Source of the DNA: Chloroflexota bacterium
GTDB taxonomy: Bacteria > Chloroflexota > Limnocylindria > Limnocylindrales > CSP1-4
Length of the DNA stretch: 64,000 nt
NCBI GenBank assembly: GCA_005882635.1
Contig: VBFG01000047.1
Location: 5,833-69,832, forward strand
Reading direction: 5' to 3'
The notes beneath the pieces were generated by a model. It was not told the DNA's origin. It did no database searches and worked only from the letters and a program-made list of their open reading frames with translations. Made by a program: the position numbers and the translations under genes. Of this stretch, positions 33,083-42,662 are shown one piece after another (position 1 is the first letter of the stretch; every line of letters begins with the position of its first letter).

Positions 33083-33922
33083 TCACCAGCGGTCGACGGC
33101 CTCGACAAGGGCGTCGACGTCGCTGCTCGTCCGGGCGAGGAGGATCGCCCCGTCGGCCCCGATCTCGTGCCATCGTTCCCAGGCGGCGCGCGGCTCGCGG
33201 CACCACTCGCTGTCGCCGATGGCGGCGTCGCCGAGCCAGTCGCCCTGGAAGCCCACGAGCACGCGCTGGTCTCCGCGTCGCCGGCCGCTCGCCTCGAGCG
33301 CCTCGAGGTAGAGCGGCAGGTTCTCGGCGAAGTTCACGTCGAACGCGCTCCAGCCGTCCCCGATCCGGCCGGCCAGCCGGGCGCCGGCCGGCGTCTCGCC
33401 GCCGATGATGATCGGGGGCGGCGGCTCGGGAACCGGACGGGCGTGGGCGTCGACGAGCGGGTAGAACGGCGAGTCGCGCGTCACCGGGCCGCCCGTCCAC
33501 AGCGCCCGGATGACCGCGATCGCCTCCTCGAGGCGGGCGGCACGCTCCTTCGGCTCGGGGAAGTCGATGCCATACGCGGCGTGCTCCTTCGGCCCGCCGC
33601 CGATCCCCATGCCGAGCACGAACCGGCCGCCGCTCGCGATCTGGAGGGTCGACGCCATCCGGGCGAGGACTGCTGGGTGACGGTTCATCACGTTCGCCAC
33701 GAACGTCCCGACGGTGGCGTGGGTCGTGGCCGCCGCGGCCATCGCGAGGATCGTCCAGCCCTCGACGACCGGCACGGTCCGATCGCCCTGCCCGACGAAG
33801 TGGTCCCAGGCCCAGACGCCGTCGTAGCCGGCGACGTCGAGCCGCTTCGCGCTCTCCAGCCACCAGCTGGGCTCGGCCCGGATCGTCCGGATCGAGACGC
33901 CGATCGGGAGACGCTCGGTCAC
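33083..33922 (-). CDS. LLM-class (luciferase-like) flavin/F420-dependent oxidoreductase
   Basis: ORF 33083..33922. GYDGVWAWDHF..., TLQIASGGRFVLGMGIGG. Confidence 0.85.
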   Translation of the reverse strand: MTERLPIGVSIRTIRAEPSWWLESAKRLDVAGYDGVWAWDHFVGQGDRTVPVVEGWTILAMAAAATTHATVGTFVANVMNRHPAVLARMASTLQIASGGRFVLGMGIGGGPKEHAAYGIDFPEPKERAARLEEAIAVIRALWTGGPVTRDSPFYPLVDAHARPVPEPPPPIIIGGETPAGARLAGRIGDGWSAFDVNFAENLPLYLEALEASGRRRGDQRVLVGFQGDWLGDAAIGDSEWCREPRAAWERWHEIGADGAILLARTSSDVDALVEAVDRW

Positions 33923-34026
33923 GTCAACGGACCGCTGACCCGATCAGACGCGGAAGGTGCGCGCATGTGATCCAGGGTTCTCCCGATGAGCGTCTGCGCT
34001 GGTCGGGCCGAGCAGGAACCGCGCCG

Positions 34027-34878
34027 TCACAGCCCGGTCTCGAACAGGCGGACGTCCTCGGGCGAGATCACGTGGCCGTCGCCGCGGCTGAAGTCGAGGA
34101 TCGACCGCGCCCCCAGCCCGTCCAGGTCGGCCGGGAAGCGCCCGATCATGTCCAGCACGACCTGCTGGATGCGGGCGGCGTTCTGCGCGAACACCTCGGT
34201 CACCGACTGGGCGTCGACCGCCTCGGTTCCCTCGAGGACGCCCGCGTCGAAGTCGGTGATGAGGGCGATGTTCACGACCGCCATCCCGAGCTCCCGGCAC
34301 AGGTACGCCTCGGGATACTGGGTCATGGAGATGACCTCCCAGCCGGCGTCGCTGAACCACTTCGACTCGGACTTCGTGGAGAAGCGCGGTCCGTTGATGA
34401 TCACGATCGTCCCGCGCTCGTGGAACGAGATGCCGTGCTCGCGGATGACGTCGGCGGCGATCGACCGGAGGACCGGATCGTAGATGTCGGCCGACGAGAC
34501 GTGGGTGACGATCGGGCCGTCGAAGAAGGTGTCGGCCCGGCCGGTCGTCCGGTCGACGAACTGGTCGCACAGGACGAAGTCGCCGGGCTTGACGTGGCGC
34601 TGGAGCGAGCCGGCGGCGCACGGCGAGATCACCGCCTTGACGCCGAGCGAGCGCATCGCCCAGACGTTCGCCCGGTAGTTGATCTTGTGCGGCGGGATCG
34701 TGTGCCGCCGGCCGTGCCGAGGAAGGAACGCGACGCCGCGACCGCTGACATCGGCGAGGAAGAACGAGTCGGACGGCGGGCCGTACGGCGTGTCCACCTT
34801 GATCTCGCGGACGTCGTCGAGGAGCGAGTAGAAGCCCGATCCTCCGAAGACGCCGATCTCGGCCGAATCCGCGACCAC
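34027..34878 (-). CDS. mtnP: S-methyl-5'-thioadenosine phosphorylase
   Basis: GTG 34878 preceded by GAGGAGG. IGVFGGSGFY...VAFLPRHGRRHTIPPHKINYRANVWAMRSLGV...MTQYPEAYLCRELGM. Confidence 0.9.
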   Translation of the reverse strand: MVADSAEIGVFGGSGFYSLLDDVREIKVDTPYGPPSDSFFLADVSGRGVAFLPRHGRRHTIPPHKINYRANVWAMRSLGVKAVISPCAAGSLQRHVKPGDFVLCDQFVDRTTGRADTFFDGPIVTHVSSADIYDPVLRSIAADVIREHGISFHERGTIVIINGPRFSTKSESKWFSDAGWEVISMTQYPEAYLCRELGMAVVNIALITDFDAGVLEGTEAVDAQSVTEVFAQNAARIQQVVLDMIGRFPADLDGLGARSILDFSRGDGHVISPEDVRLFETGL

Positions 34879-35015
34879 GCTCGTCCTCCTCGCACGCTGT
34901 GGGATGCCGCCGATTGTCGCACGGCTGATCGGTCCGCCACGATCGATGGGGGGCGTGCCGCGCCACGCGGGTCTACGATGGCCGCGGCCGGAGGCCTGCC
35001 CGAGGACCTGCCGAT

Positions 35016-35384
35016 ATGACCGACCCGAACGACGAGACCCAGCCGCACGACGCGCCCGGAGTGATCCTGCCGCCGCCGGGACCGGCGTCGGCCGGCGAGA
35101 TCCCGGCGCCGGCTCCCCCGCCGCTCGTCGCCAATCCCGATCGTCCGGTGAGCGACTGGCGGGAGCCGCCGTGGCTCCCGGCCGACCGCGACCGACACCG
35201 CGATCGAGGACCGAGCTTGGCATCGATCGTCTTCGGGCTGGTGGTGCTCGCGATCGGGGTCTGGTACTTCCTCGACCGGACGCTGGGGATCGCGATGCCG
35301 GCGATCCGCTGGGGCAGCCTGTGGCCGGTTCTCCTGATCCTCCTGGGCCTCGTCATCGTCGTCCAGGCCGCCCGGCGCCGCTGA
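35016..35384 (+). CDS. membrane protein with Pro-rich N-terminus (LiaF/DUF5668-like TM pair)
   Basis: ORF 35016..35384. SIVFGLVVLAIGVWYFLD...WPVLLILLGLVIVV. Confidence 0.6.
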   Translation: MTDPNDETQPHDAPGVILPPPGPASAGEIPAPAPPPLVANPDRPVSDWREPPWLPADRDRHRDRGPSLASIVFGLVVLAIGVWYFLDRTLGIAMPAIRWGSLWPVLLILLGLVIVVQAARRR

Positions 35385-35395
35385 CGCTCCCCCAC

Positions 35396-36118
35396 ATGGT
35401 CGTCGATGAGGAGGCCGGACCGGGCGGCGTCGCCGCCACGCTCACGCTGGCCGACTGGCGTCGCGAGATCGCGACCCTCTACGCCGAGATCCGGCGACGG
35501 TCCGCGACCGACGTCGGCGCCGCGCTGCAGCTCTGGCGGACCACCCGCGAGCGACTGTATCGCGAGCATCCTCAATCACCCGTCCCCGCATCCAAACGGG
35601 CGACCTTCGAGGCCCACTACTTCGAGCACGACCCCGCGCTCCGGTTCGAGGTCGTCGTCGACGACCCGCCGCCGAGTCCGTTGGCGGGCGCGGCCGAAGG
35701 GTTCCGCACGTTCGGCGGCTTCGGCGGGATGGCGATCGAGCTGCCGGTCAGCGCCGGCGGGTCGATGTCGTTCACGCGCTTCGGTAGCGTGTCGATCCCG
35801 TTCCCCGACGGCGCGCGACGCCTCGACCTGTACTGGATGGCCGGCTACGCCGGCGGCCTGTTCCTGCCGTTCCGCGACGCCACGAACAGCCGCGAGACGT
35901 ACGGCGCCGGTCGCTACCTGCTCGACGCGGCGAAGAGCGCCGACCTCGGGCCGGGCGCCGCTGCCAACAGCCTGATCCTCGATTTCAACTTCGCGTTCCA
36001 GCCGTCGTGCGCGTTCGATCCGAAGTGGGCCTGCCCGCTCGCGCCGCCGTCGAACCGGCTCGACCTGCCGATCCGGGCCGGCGAGCGGTTGGCCGACCGT
36101 CCGGACCCGTCGGCCTGA
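35396..36118 (+). CDS. DUF1684 family protein
   Basis: ATG 35396 in ORF 34904..36118. TYGAGRYL...DFNFAFQPSCAFDPKWACPLAPPSNRL. Confidence 0.8.
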   Translation: MVVDEEAGPGGVAATLTLADWRREIATLYAEIRRRSATDVGAALQLWRTTRERLYREHPQSPVPASKRATFEAHYFEHDPALRFEVVVDDPPPSPLAGAAEGFRTFGGFGGMAIELPVSAGGSMSFTRFGSVSIPFPDGARRLDLYWMAGYAGGLFLPFRDATNSRETYGAGRYLLDAAKSADLGPGAAANSLILDFNFAFQPSCAFDPKWACPLAPPSNRLDLPIRAGERLADRPDPSA

Positions 36119-36186
36119 CCGGGACTTCTGTCCCGGATCGGCGCCGGACCGTCGGTCCCTGAGAGCGCCGGGACAGAGAACCTAGG

Positions 36187-37446
36187 ATGGCTCCGGGGTC
36201 AGCCCGCGGCGTGCCCTGCGCCCGGCAGTCCCGGAACCTGGGTGGACGTGTGCGATTCCTGACGGGTGCCAAACAGGAGGGCGAGCTTCGCCTCCTCTGG
36301 TCCCGAGACCTCCGGTTCGCGCACCGCGTCGCCTGGAACCTGCCGACCGTCCAGGCCTACGAGCTCGACGCGGGCGTCGTCCTGATCGGCCCAGCCGAGG
36401 AGCTGACCGACGCCCACGCGGCCGAGGTGGCCGCTGCGACCCAGTCGGCGGCGTACGGCCTCGTCACCCTCGATTCGCGGCTCCCCGAGGGCGAGCGGCA
36501 CCTGGTCGCGCTGTCCGCGGCGGTCCAGCAGTCCGGGCTCGCCGAGCGAGTCGGCATGGCCCAATCGAGCCAGCTCGTCCAGACGAAGATGCTCGACTAC
36601 TTCTTCACCCTGAAGAACGTCCACGCGATCGCCTACCAGCCGATCGTCGAGCTCGAGACGGGCCGCCTCGTGGAGTACGAGTGCCTGTTCCGGCCGCAGA
36701 TGCCCGGGCTCCAGACGTCGATCAGCACGATCGTCCAGGCCGCGATCGACACGGACCGGACGATCGAGCTCGACAAGTTCATCGTCCGGGCGATCCTCGA
36801 GCGGGTCGGGGCGCTACAGGCGGCGCGCCGCACCGCACGACAGCCGATGCTCCACCTCGCGATCAACTTCACGCCGGCCAGCCTGCTCGACCCGCACTTC
36901 GAGGCGGCGGCGATCGCCGACATGGTCGAGGACTTCGGGCTCGATCCGCGGCAGATCACTCTCGAGTGCACGGAGCAGCAGGCCGTCTCCGACAACCGGC
37001 CCCTGGTGAAGCAGGTCAAGGCGCTCCGCCGGTTCGGCTTCGGCTTCGCGATCGACGACGCCGGCGCGGGCTATGCCAGCTTCACGCTGATCGCCGCGCT
37101 CCGGCCGTCGGTCATCAAGATCGACCGCGAGATCGTCACCGGGATCGCCCGCGACGACGCGAAGCAGGCGCTCGTCGAGGCATTCGTCTCGTTCGGCGGG
37201 CGGATCGGCGCGTTGCTCCTCGCCGAGGGCATCGAGCGACGGGCCGACCTCGCGACGCTGACGTCCCTGGGCGTCGACCTGGGCCAGGGCTACCTGATCG
37301 GCAAGCCCGCGTTGGAGCCACGGCAGCCACGACCAATGGAGACGCTCCGGCTCGGAGCGGCCCGGAAGACGATCGGGCGGAAGGTCCGCGAGGCCGATCC
37401 ACGGGCCCGAACCAGCCTTCGGAGGATCGCCGACCACCCGGTCTGA
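36187..37446 (+). CDS. EAL-domain c-di-GMP phosphodiesterase with ~130-aa unknown N-terminal domain
   Basis: YQPIVELETGRLVEYECLFRP, INFTP, ECTEQ, DDAGAGYAS, KIDREIV, EGIE, GQGYLIGKP: all EAL catalytic positions appear intact. The start is uncertain (alternative GTG about 60 nt downstream). Confidence 0.85.
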   Translation: MAPGSARGVPCARQSRNLGGRVRFLTGAKQEGELRLLWSRDLRFAHRVAWNLPTVQAYELDAGVVLIGPAEELTDAHAAEVAAATQSAAYGLVTLDSRLPEGERHLVALSAAVQQSGLAERVGMAQSSQLVQTKMLDYFFTLKNVHAIAYQPIVELETGRLVEYECLFRPQMPGLQTSISTIVQAAIDTDRTIELDKFIVRAILERVGALQAARRTARQPMLHLAINFTPASLLDPHFEAAAIADMVEDFGLDPRQITLECTEQQAVSDNRPLVKQVKALRRFGFGFAIDDAGAGYASFTLIAALRPSVIKIDREIVTGIARDDAKQALVEAFVSFGGRIGALLLAEGIERRADLATLTSLGVDLGQGYLIGKPALEPRQPRPMETLRLGAARKTIGRKVREADPRARTSLRRIADHPV

Positions 37447-37479
37447 GTCCGGAGCGGGCTCCTCGCGTACCATCGGGCC

Positions 37480-37926
37480 ATGGAGCCTGCCCATCCCTCC
37501 CCGACGATCGACGCCGTCCTCAGCGCGCGCCACCGAGCCTTTCTCGAGCAGCCGCTCTTCGCCGCGATCGCCACGACGGACGCGAACGGCGCCCCCCGCC
37601 AGGCGGTCATCTGGTACCACCTCGAGGACGACGGCCGGATCCTGATCAACAGCCGCCAGACGCGGTTCTGGCCGGCCAACCTCCGCCGCGACGGCCGGGT
37701 CTCGCTGGCGATCCTGGCACCCGACGGCTACTCGTGGCTGGGGCTGACCGGACGGGTCGACGCGATCGACGAGGACCCCGCGCGGAGCCTCGCCGACATC
37801 GAGGCGTTGGCCTGGCGCTACCACCCCGACGGACCGGACCCCGACGACCTCGCCTCGTACCGCGCCTACCCGCGGATCACGTTCCGCCTTGCCATCGATC
37901 GCGTCCACGACCACCTGGAGGACTGA
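37480..37926 (+). CDS. PPOX-class (pyridoxamine 5'-phosphate oxidase-like) probable F420-dependent enzyme
   Basis: ORF 37480..37926. FLEQPLFAAIATTDANGAPRQAVIWYHLEDDGRILINS pattern. Confidence 0.8.
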   Translation: MEPAHPSPTIDAVLSARHRAFLEQPLFAAIATTDANGAPRQAVIWYHLEDDGRILINSRQTRFWPANLRRDGRVSLAILAPDGYSWLGLTGRVDAIDEDPARSLADIEALAWRYHPDGPDPDDLASYRAYPRITFRLAIDRVHDHLED

Positions 37927-37928
37927 CG

Positions 37929-38924
37929 ATGGCGACTCCGAAGATCGGCTACGCGGCGATGCTCGAGCAGTTCGGCCCGCAGGAGGTCGTCGGCTACTCG
38001 GTCGACGCCGAGCGAGCCGGGTTCAGCGGGGTCATGGCGGCCGACCACTTCCAGCCGTGGGTCCCCCAGCAGGGCAACGCCGCCTTCGTCTGGAACGTGA
38101 TGACCGCGATCGGCGAGCGGACGACGGGCGACGTCGGCCCCGGCGTCACCTGCCCGAGCTTCCGGATGCACCCGGCGATCGTCGCCCAGGCGTCCGCGAC
38201 GCTCGCCGCCATGTACCCCGGCCGCCACTGGCTCGGCCTCGGCAGCGGCGAGGCTTTGAACGAGCACGTCGTCGCCGGCTACTGGCCCGAGACCCCGGAC
38301 CGGATCAACCGGATGTTCGAGGCGATCGAGATCATCAAGAAGCTGTTCGGCAGCCGCGGCAGGGACGTCAAGCATGATGGCAAGTACTTCAAGCTCGAGG
38401 CGACCCGGCTCTGGACGATGCCCGACGAGGCGCCACCGGTCTACATCGCGACGGCCGGCCCGGTGACCGCCAAGAAAACCGGGATGTACGCGGAGGGGCT
38501 CATCACCGTCGGGGCGCCGGAGAGCAAGCTCGAGATGATCCGCGAGAAGTGCGAGGAAGGCTGCCGTGAGGTCGGCAAGGACCCGGCCGGCTTTCGCTAC
38601 ATCCTCCAGCTCCACCTGTCGTGGGCGCCGACGGACGAGGAGGCGTTCCGGAACGCCGTGGTCGAGTGGCCCAACGGCGGGATGAAGTTCCCCAAGCAGG
38701 ACATCCGCAGCCCGCTCGACTTCGAGCAGATGGCCAAGCTCGTCCGGCCCGACGACTTCGAGGGCCGGATGCTGATCTCGTCCGATCCCGACCAGCACCG
38801 CGAGCAGATCCAGCGCTTCCTCGACCTCGGCTTCGACCAGATCTACCTCCACAACGTCGGCCGCAACCAGGCGGAGTGGATCGAGGTCTTCGGTCGCGAG
38901 GTCCTCCCGAAGCTCACCGCGTAG
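37929..38924 (+). CDS. F420-dependent oxidoreductase of the glucose-6-phosphate dehydrogenase (FGD) family
   Basis: ATG 37929, 2 nt after the PPOX stop. DHFQPW, GLGSGEALNE, PVYIATAGP. Collinear with my memory of mycobacterial Fgd1. Confidence 0.85.
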   Translation: MATPKIGYAAMLEQFGPQEVVGYSVDAERAGFSGVMAADHFQPWVPQQGNAAFVWNVMTAIGERTTGDVGPGVTCPSFRMHPAIVAQASATLAAMYPGRHWLGLGSGEALNEHVVAGYWPETPDRINRMFEAIEIIKKLFGSRGRDVKHDGKYFKLEATRLWTMPDEAPPVYIATAGPVTAKKTGMYAEGLITVGAPESKLEMIREKCEEGCREVGKDPAGFRYILQLHLSWAPTDEEAFRNAVVEWPNGGMKFPKQDIRSPLDFEQMAKLVRPDDFEGRMLISSDPDQHREQIQRFLDLGFDQIYLHNVGRNQAEWIEVFGREVLPKLTA

Positions 38925-38934
38925 TGGTGGCCCG

Positions 38935-39876
38935 ATGACCGCCGACATCCGCGTCGGAGCGCTGCTCTGGCCGCAGACCGATTCGTGGCCGGCGGTCCGT
39001 GACGCCGCCGAGCGGGCCGACCGCGTCGGGCTCGACAGCCTGTGGACCTGGGACCACCTCAACGCGATCGTCGGGCCGTGGGAGGGCCCGATCCTCGAGG
39101 GCTGGACGACCCTCAGTGCGCTGGCGACGGTGACCGTCCGGCCGACGCTCGGCCTGATGGTCGGCGCGAACACCTTCCGCAACCCGGGGCTGACCGCCAA
39201 GCTCGCGACGACCCTGGATCACGTCTCGGAGGGTCGGGCGATCCTGGGGATCGGCGGCGCCTGGTTCGAGCGGGAGCACCAGGCGTTCGGCTTCGAGACG
39301 TGGGGCTCGGGCTTCGGCGAGCGGCTCGACCGGCTCGACGAGGCGGTCATGCTCCTGCGCCGCCTGCTCGACGGGGAGCGGATCGCCGACCACCGCGGCC
39401 GCTTCTACGCGCTGCGCGACGCGTTGTGCGAGCCGCGTCCGGTCCAGCCCCACCTGCCGATCCTCATCGGCGGCTCCGGGCCGCAGAAGACGCTCCGGAC
39501 GACGGCCCGCTACGCGGACGCCTGGAACACGGGCGGGTCGGTCGAGGCGCTGCGCCGCAAGGACGCGACGCTCCGCGATCGATGCGCCGAGATCGGGCGG
39601 AACCCGGACGAGATCGAGCGGACGGTGTCCGACTGGTTCCTGATTCGGGACGACGCCGCCGAGGCGCGGCGGGTCCTCGGGCGGCTGGCGGCCGCCAACG
39701 GCGACTCGCTCGGCGCCGACGACACGGTCTACGTCGGGTCGCCGCGGAAGATCGCCGACGATCTGCGGCCGGTCGTGGAGCTCGGCTTCCGCCACATCAT
39801 CGTGGACGCGATGGCACCGTACGACGCGGAGACGATCGAGCGGCTGCCCGAGGTCCGCGAGCTGCTCCGCCAGTGA
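38935..39876 (+). CDS. LLM-class F420-dependent oxidoreductase (paralog A)
   Basis: ORF 38935..39876. GLDSLWTWDHL, GANTFRNPGLTAK, GIGGAWFEREH. Confidence 0.85.
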   Translation: MTADIRVGALLWPQTDSWPAVRDAAERADRVGLDSLWTWDHLNAIVGPWEGPILEGWTTLSALATVTVRPTLGLMVGANTFRNPGLTAKLATTLDHVSEGRAILGIGGAWFEREHQAFGFETWGSGFGERLDRLDEAVMLLRRLLDGERIADHRGRFYALRDALCEPRPVQPHLPILIGGSGPQKTLRTTARYADAWNTGGSVEALRRKDATLRDRCAEIGRNPDEIERTVSDWFLIRDDAAEARRVLGRLAAANGDSLGADDTVYVGSPRKIADDLRPVVELGFRHIIVDAMAPYDAETIERLPEVRELLRQ

Positions 39877-40781
39877 CCGCCATCTCGGCTCGCACCGCCG
39901 AGCCGCATCCCGCCCGGACCGACCTGTCGCCGGCCGGGCTCCTCGCCGCGATCGTCGACGACTTCCGGGCTTCGGCCACCCGCCGCCGGGGGCTCGCCGG
40001 GGAGCGGGTGATCGACACGCCGGCCGTGCTCGCCCACGTGACGAGCGTCCATTCGGCGGACGTCAACCAGGTCGTCCGGGCGCGCCTCGGCGGAGGTCGG
40101 GCCGACGTGGAGGGCGCGATCGACGTCGACGCGGCGATCGAAGTGGACGCCGCGATCGCGGCGACGATCCGCGAGTTCGGCGGCCGGCCGTTCCTGTGGT
40201 GGGTCGGGCCGGGCGACGAGCCGGCCGACCTGACCGACCGCCTCGTCGCTCACGGAGTCGGCTTCCTGGACGAGATCCCGGGCATGGCGCTGGACCTCGC
40301 CGACCTGGCGGACGAGACCGCGTCGCCGCCGCCAGCCGAGCTGACGATCACGCCCGCGCTCGACGCCGCGGCCATCGACGACTTCAACGCCGTTCTCAGC
40401 CACGGCTTCCCAGAGGACTTCGGCGACGACGACGCGACCGCGGCAATCGCGGCCGGGACCGCGAAGGTGGCCGCGGAGTCCGGCTACCGCGAGCCGAGCG
40501 GCCTGCCGACGAGGTGGATCGGGTCGGTGGCCGGGCGGCCGGTCGCGACCGCCCGTCTCCACACGGCGGCCGGCGTCGCCGGGGTCTACACGGTCGTCAC
40601 GGTCACCGACGCCCGGCGCCGCGGCTACGGAGCGGCGATGACCCGCCGAGCCCTGCTCGCGGCGCGCGACACCGGCCTGCGCGTCGCGACCCTCCAGGCG
40701 TCCGACGCCGGTCGGGGCATCTACGGGCGGATGGGCTTCCGAACGATCTGCAGGTTCCGGATCCACGAGTGGCAGCCATGA
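39873..40781 (+). CDS. GNAT-family N-acetyltransferase (~300 aa, probably two GNAT-like halves)
   Basis: GTG 39873 overlaps the LLM stop (GTGA). C-terminal core VYTVVTVTDARRRGYGAAMTRRALLAARDTGLRVATLQASDAGRGIYGRMGF. Confidence 0.75.
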   Translation: MTAISARTAEPHPARTDLSPAGLLAAIVDDFRASATRRRGLAGERVIDTPAVLAHVTSVHSADVNQVVRARLGGGRADVEGAIDVDAAIEVDAAIAATIREFGGRPFLWWVGPGDEPADLTDRLVAHGVGFLDEIPGMALDLADLADETASPPPAELTITPALDAAAIDDFNAVLSHGFPEDFGDDDATAAIAAGTAKVAAESGYREPSGLPTRWIGSVAGRPVATARLHTAAGVAGVYTVVTVTDARRRGYGAAMTRRALLAARDTGLRVATLQASDAGRGIYGRMGFRTICRFRIHEWQP

Positions 40782-40785
40782 AGGA

Positions 40786-41727
40786 GTGGCAGCCGTGAAG
40801 CTCGGTGCCCAGCTCTGGTCGCAGCACGCGTCATGGGCGGAGTTCCGCGACGCGGCGCTCGCCGCGGAGGCGGGCGGCTGGGACTCGGTCTGGACGTGGG
40901 ACCACCTGCTCGCGATCTTCGGCCCCTGGGAGCAGCCGATCTTCGAGGGCTGGATGGTCCTGTCGGCGCTCGCGTCGCTGACCTCGCGGCTCCGCCTCGG
41001 GCTGATGGTCGGGGCGAACACGTTCCGCAACCCGGGCCTGACGGCGAAGGTCGCGACGACGCTCGACCAGGCCTCGAACGGCCGGGCCGTGGTCGGCATC
41101 GGGGGCGCCTGGTTCGAGCGGGAGCACGAGGCGTTCGGCTTCGAGACGTGGGGATCGGGCTTCGGCGAGCGGCTCGACCGGCTCGACGAGGCGGTCATGC
41201 TGCTGCGCCGCCTGCTGGACGGCGAGCGGGTCACCCACGACGGCCGCTTCTACCAGCTCCGCGACGCGCTGTGCGCGCCGCGCCCGGTCCAGCCGCACCT
41301 GCCGATCCTCGTCGGCGGCTCGGGCCCGAAGAAGACGCTCCACACGGTCGCCCAGCGGGCCGATGCCTGGAACACGTCGGGCACGGTCGACGAAGTCCGG
41401 GCGAAGCTCGACACGCTCGACGAGCACTGCGCCGCGGTGGGCCGTGACCGGTCCACGCTCGAGCTGACGATCAGCTTCCCGATCACGATCCGGGACGAGG
41501 TCGCCGCGGCAGTGTCCGCCGCCCGGGAGCGGTTCCGGGCGAACGGCGTGGAGAACGCCGGCGCCGGGCCGCACCTGTACGGGCCGCCGGCGGCGATCGC
41601 CGAGGCCATCGCGCCCTACCGCGACCTCGGGTTTGCGACGGTCATCGTTCGCATGCCGGCGCCATACGACCGTGAGACGATCGATCGAATGGCCGACGTC
41701 CAGGCGCTGCTCGCGCCCGGCGGATGA
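40786..41727 (+). CDS. LLM-class F420-dependent oxidoreductase (paralog B)
   Basis: ORF 40786..41727. The central ~120 aa are nearly identical to paralog A (GLMVGANTFRNPGLTAK...FGFETWGSGFGERLDRLDEAVMLLRRLLDGER). Confidence 0.85.
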   Translation: MAAVKLGAQLWSQHASWAEFRDAALAAEAGGWDSVWTWDHLLAIFGPWEQPIFEGWMVLSALASLTSRLRLGLMVGANTFRNPGLTAKVATTLDQASNGRAVVGIGGAWFEREHEAFGFETWGSGFGERLDRLDEAVMLLRRLLDGERVTHDGRFYQLRDALCAPRPVQPHLPILVGGSGPKKTLHTVAQRADAWNTSGTVDEVRAKLDTLDEHCAAVGRDRSTLELTISFPITIRDEVAAAVSAARERFRANGVENAGAGPHLYGPPAAIAEAIAPYRDLGFATVIVRMPAPYDRETIDRMADVQALLAPGG

Positions 41728-42662
41728 GCGTCGTCGCCCTGGCCGGCGGGGTCGGCGGGGCCAAGCTCGCCGAGGGCCTGCAGGCCGTGCTGGGCGCCGA
41801 GCTCACCGTCATCGTCAACACCGCCGACGACACCGAGCGCCACGGGCTGCTCGTCTGCGCCGACCACGACACGGTCATGTACACCCTGGCCGGCCTCGAG
41901 AACCCAGAGTTCGGCTGGGGCATCGCCGGCGACACCTGGACGACGATGCACGCCCTCGAGCGGTACGGCGAGGAGGGCTGGTTCCGGCTCGGTGACCAGG
42001 ACCTCGCCACCCACATCGTCCGGACCGAGCGCCTCCGTCGCGGCGAGCGCCTGACGGCGGTCTGCCGCGAACTCCAGAGCCGGCTCGGCGTCCGCGCCCC
42101 GATCCTGCCGATGACCGACGACCCGGTCCGGACCCAGGTCCGGACCGACGACGGCTGGCTCGACTTCCAGGACTACTTCGTCCGGCTCCGCCAGGCGCCC
42201 GACGTCCGGGAGGTCCGCTTCGTCGGGATCGAGGCCGCCCGCCCGACCCCCGAGGTCGAGGCCACCATCGATGCCGCCACCGCGATCGTCGTCGCCCCGT
42301 CGAACCCGATCGTGTCGGTCGGTCCGATCCTGGCGGTCCCGGGGATCGCCGAGCGGCTGGCCGCCGCCCGGGCCCGCGGCACGCGGATCGCCGCGGTCAG
42401 CGGGATCATCGGTGGCAAGGCGCTCAAGGGGCCGGCGGACCGGATGCTCGCGACGCTCGGTCACGAGCCGACGGCGCTCGGCGTCGCCCGCGGCTATGCC
42501 GGCCTGATCGACACCTTCATCATCGACACCGTCGACGCCGCGCTCGCCCCGGAGGTGGAGGCGCTCGGCATCCGCGCCGTCGTCGCCGACACGATCATGA
42601 CCGACGACGACTCACGCGCTCGGCTGGCCCGGTCGGTCCTCGCCGCGGTCGGCGGCGCCTGA
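41724..42662 (+). CDS. cofD: 2-phospho-L-lactate transferase (F420 biosynthesis)
   Basis: ATG overlaps the LLM stop (ATGA). VALAGGVGGAKLAEGL, VNTADD, HDTVMYTLAG, APSNPIVSVGPILAVPG. Confidence 0.9.
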   Translation: MSVVALAGGVGGAKLAEGLQAVLGAELTVIVNTADDTERHGLLVCADHDTVMYTLAGLENPEFGWGIAGDTWTTMHALERYGEEGWFRLGDQDLATHIVRTERLRRGERLTAVCRELQSRLGVRAPILPMTDDPVRTQVRTDDGWLDFQDYFVRLRQAPDVREVRFVGIEAARPTPEVEATIDAATAIVVAPSNPIVSVGPILAVPGIAERLAAARARGTRIAAVSGIIGGKALKGPADRMLATLGHEPTALGVARGYAGLIDTFIIDTVDAALAPEVEALGIRAVVADTIMTDDDSRARLARSVLAAVGGA

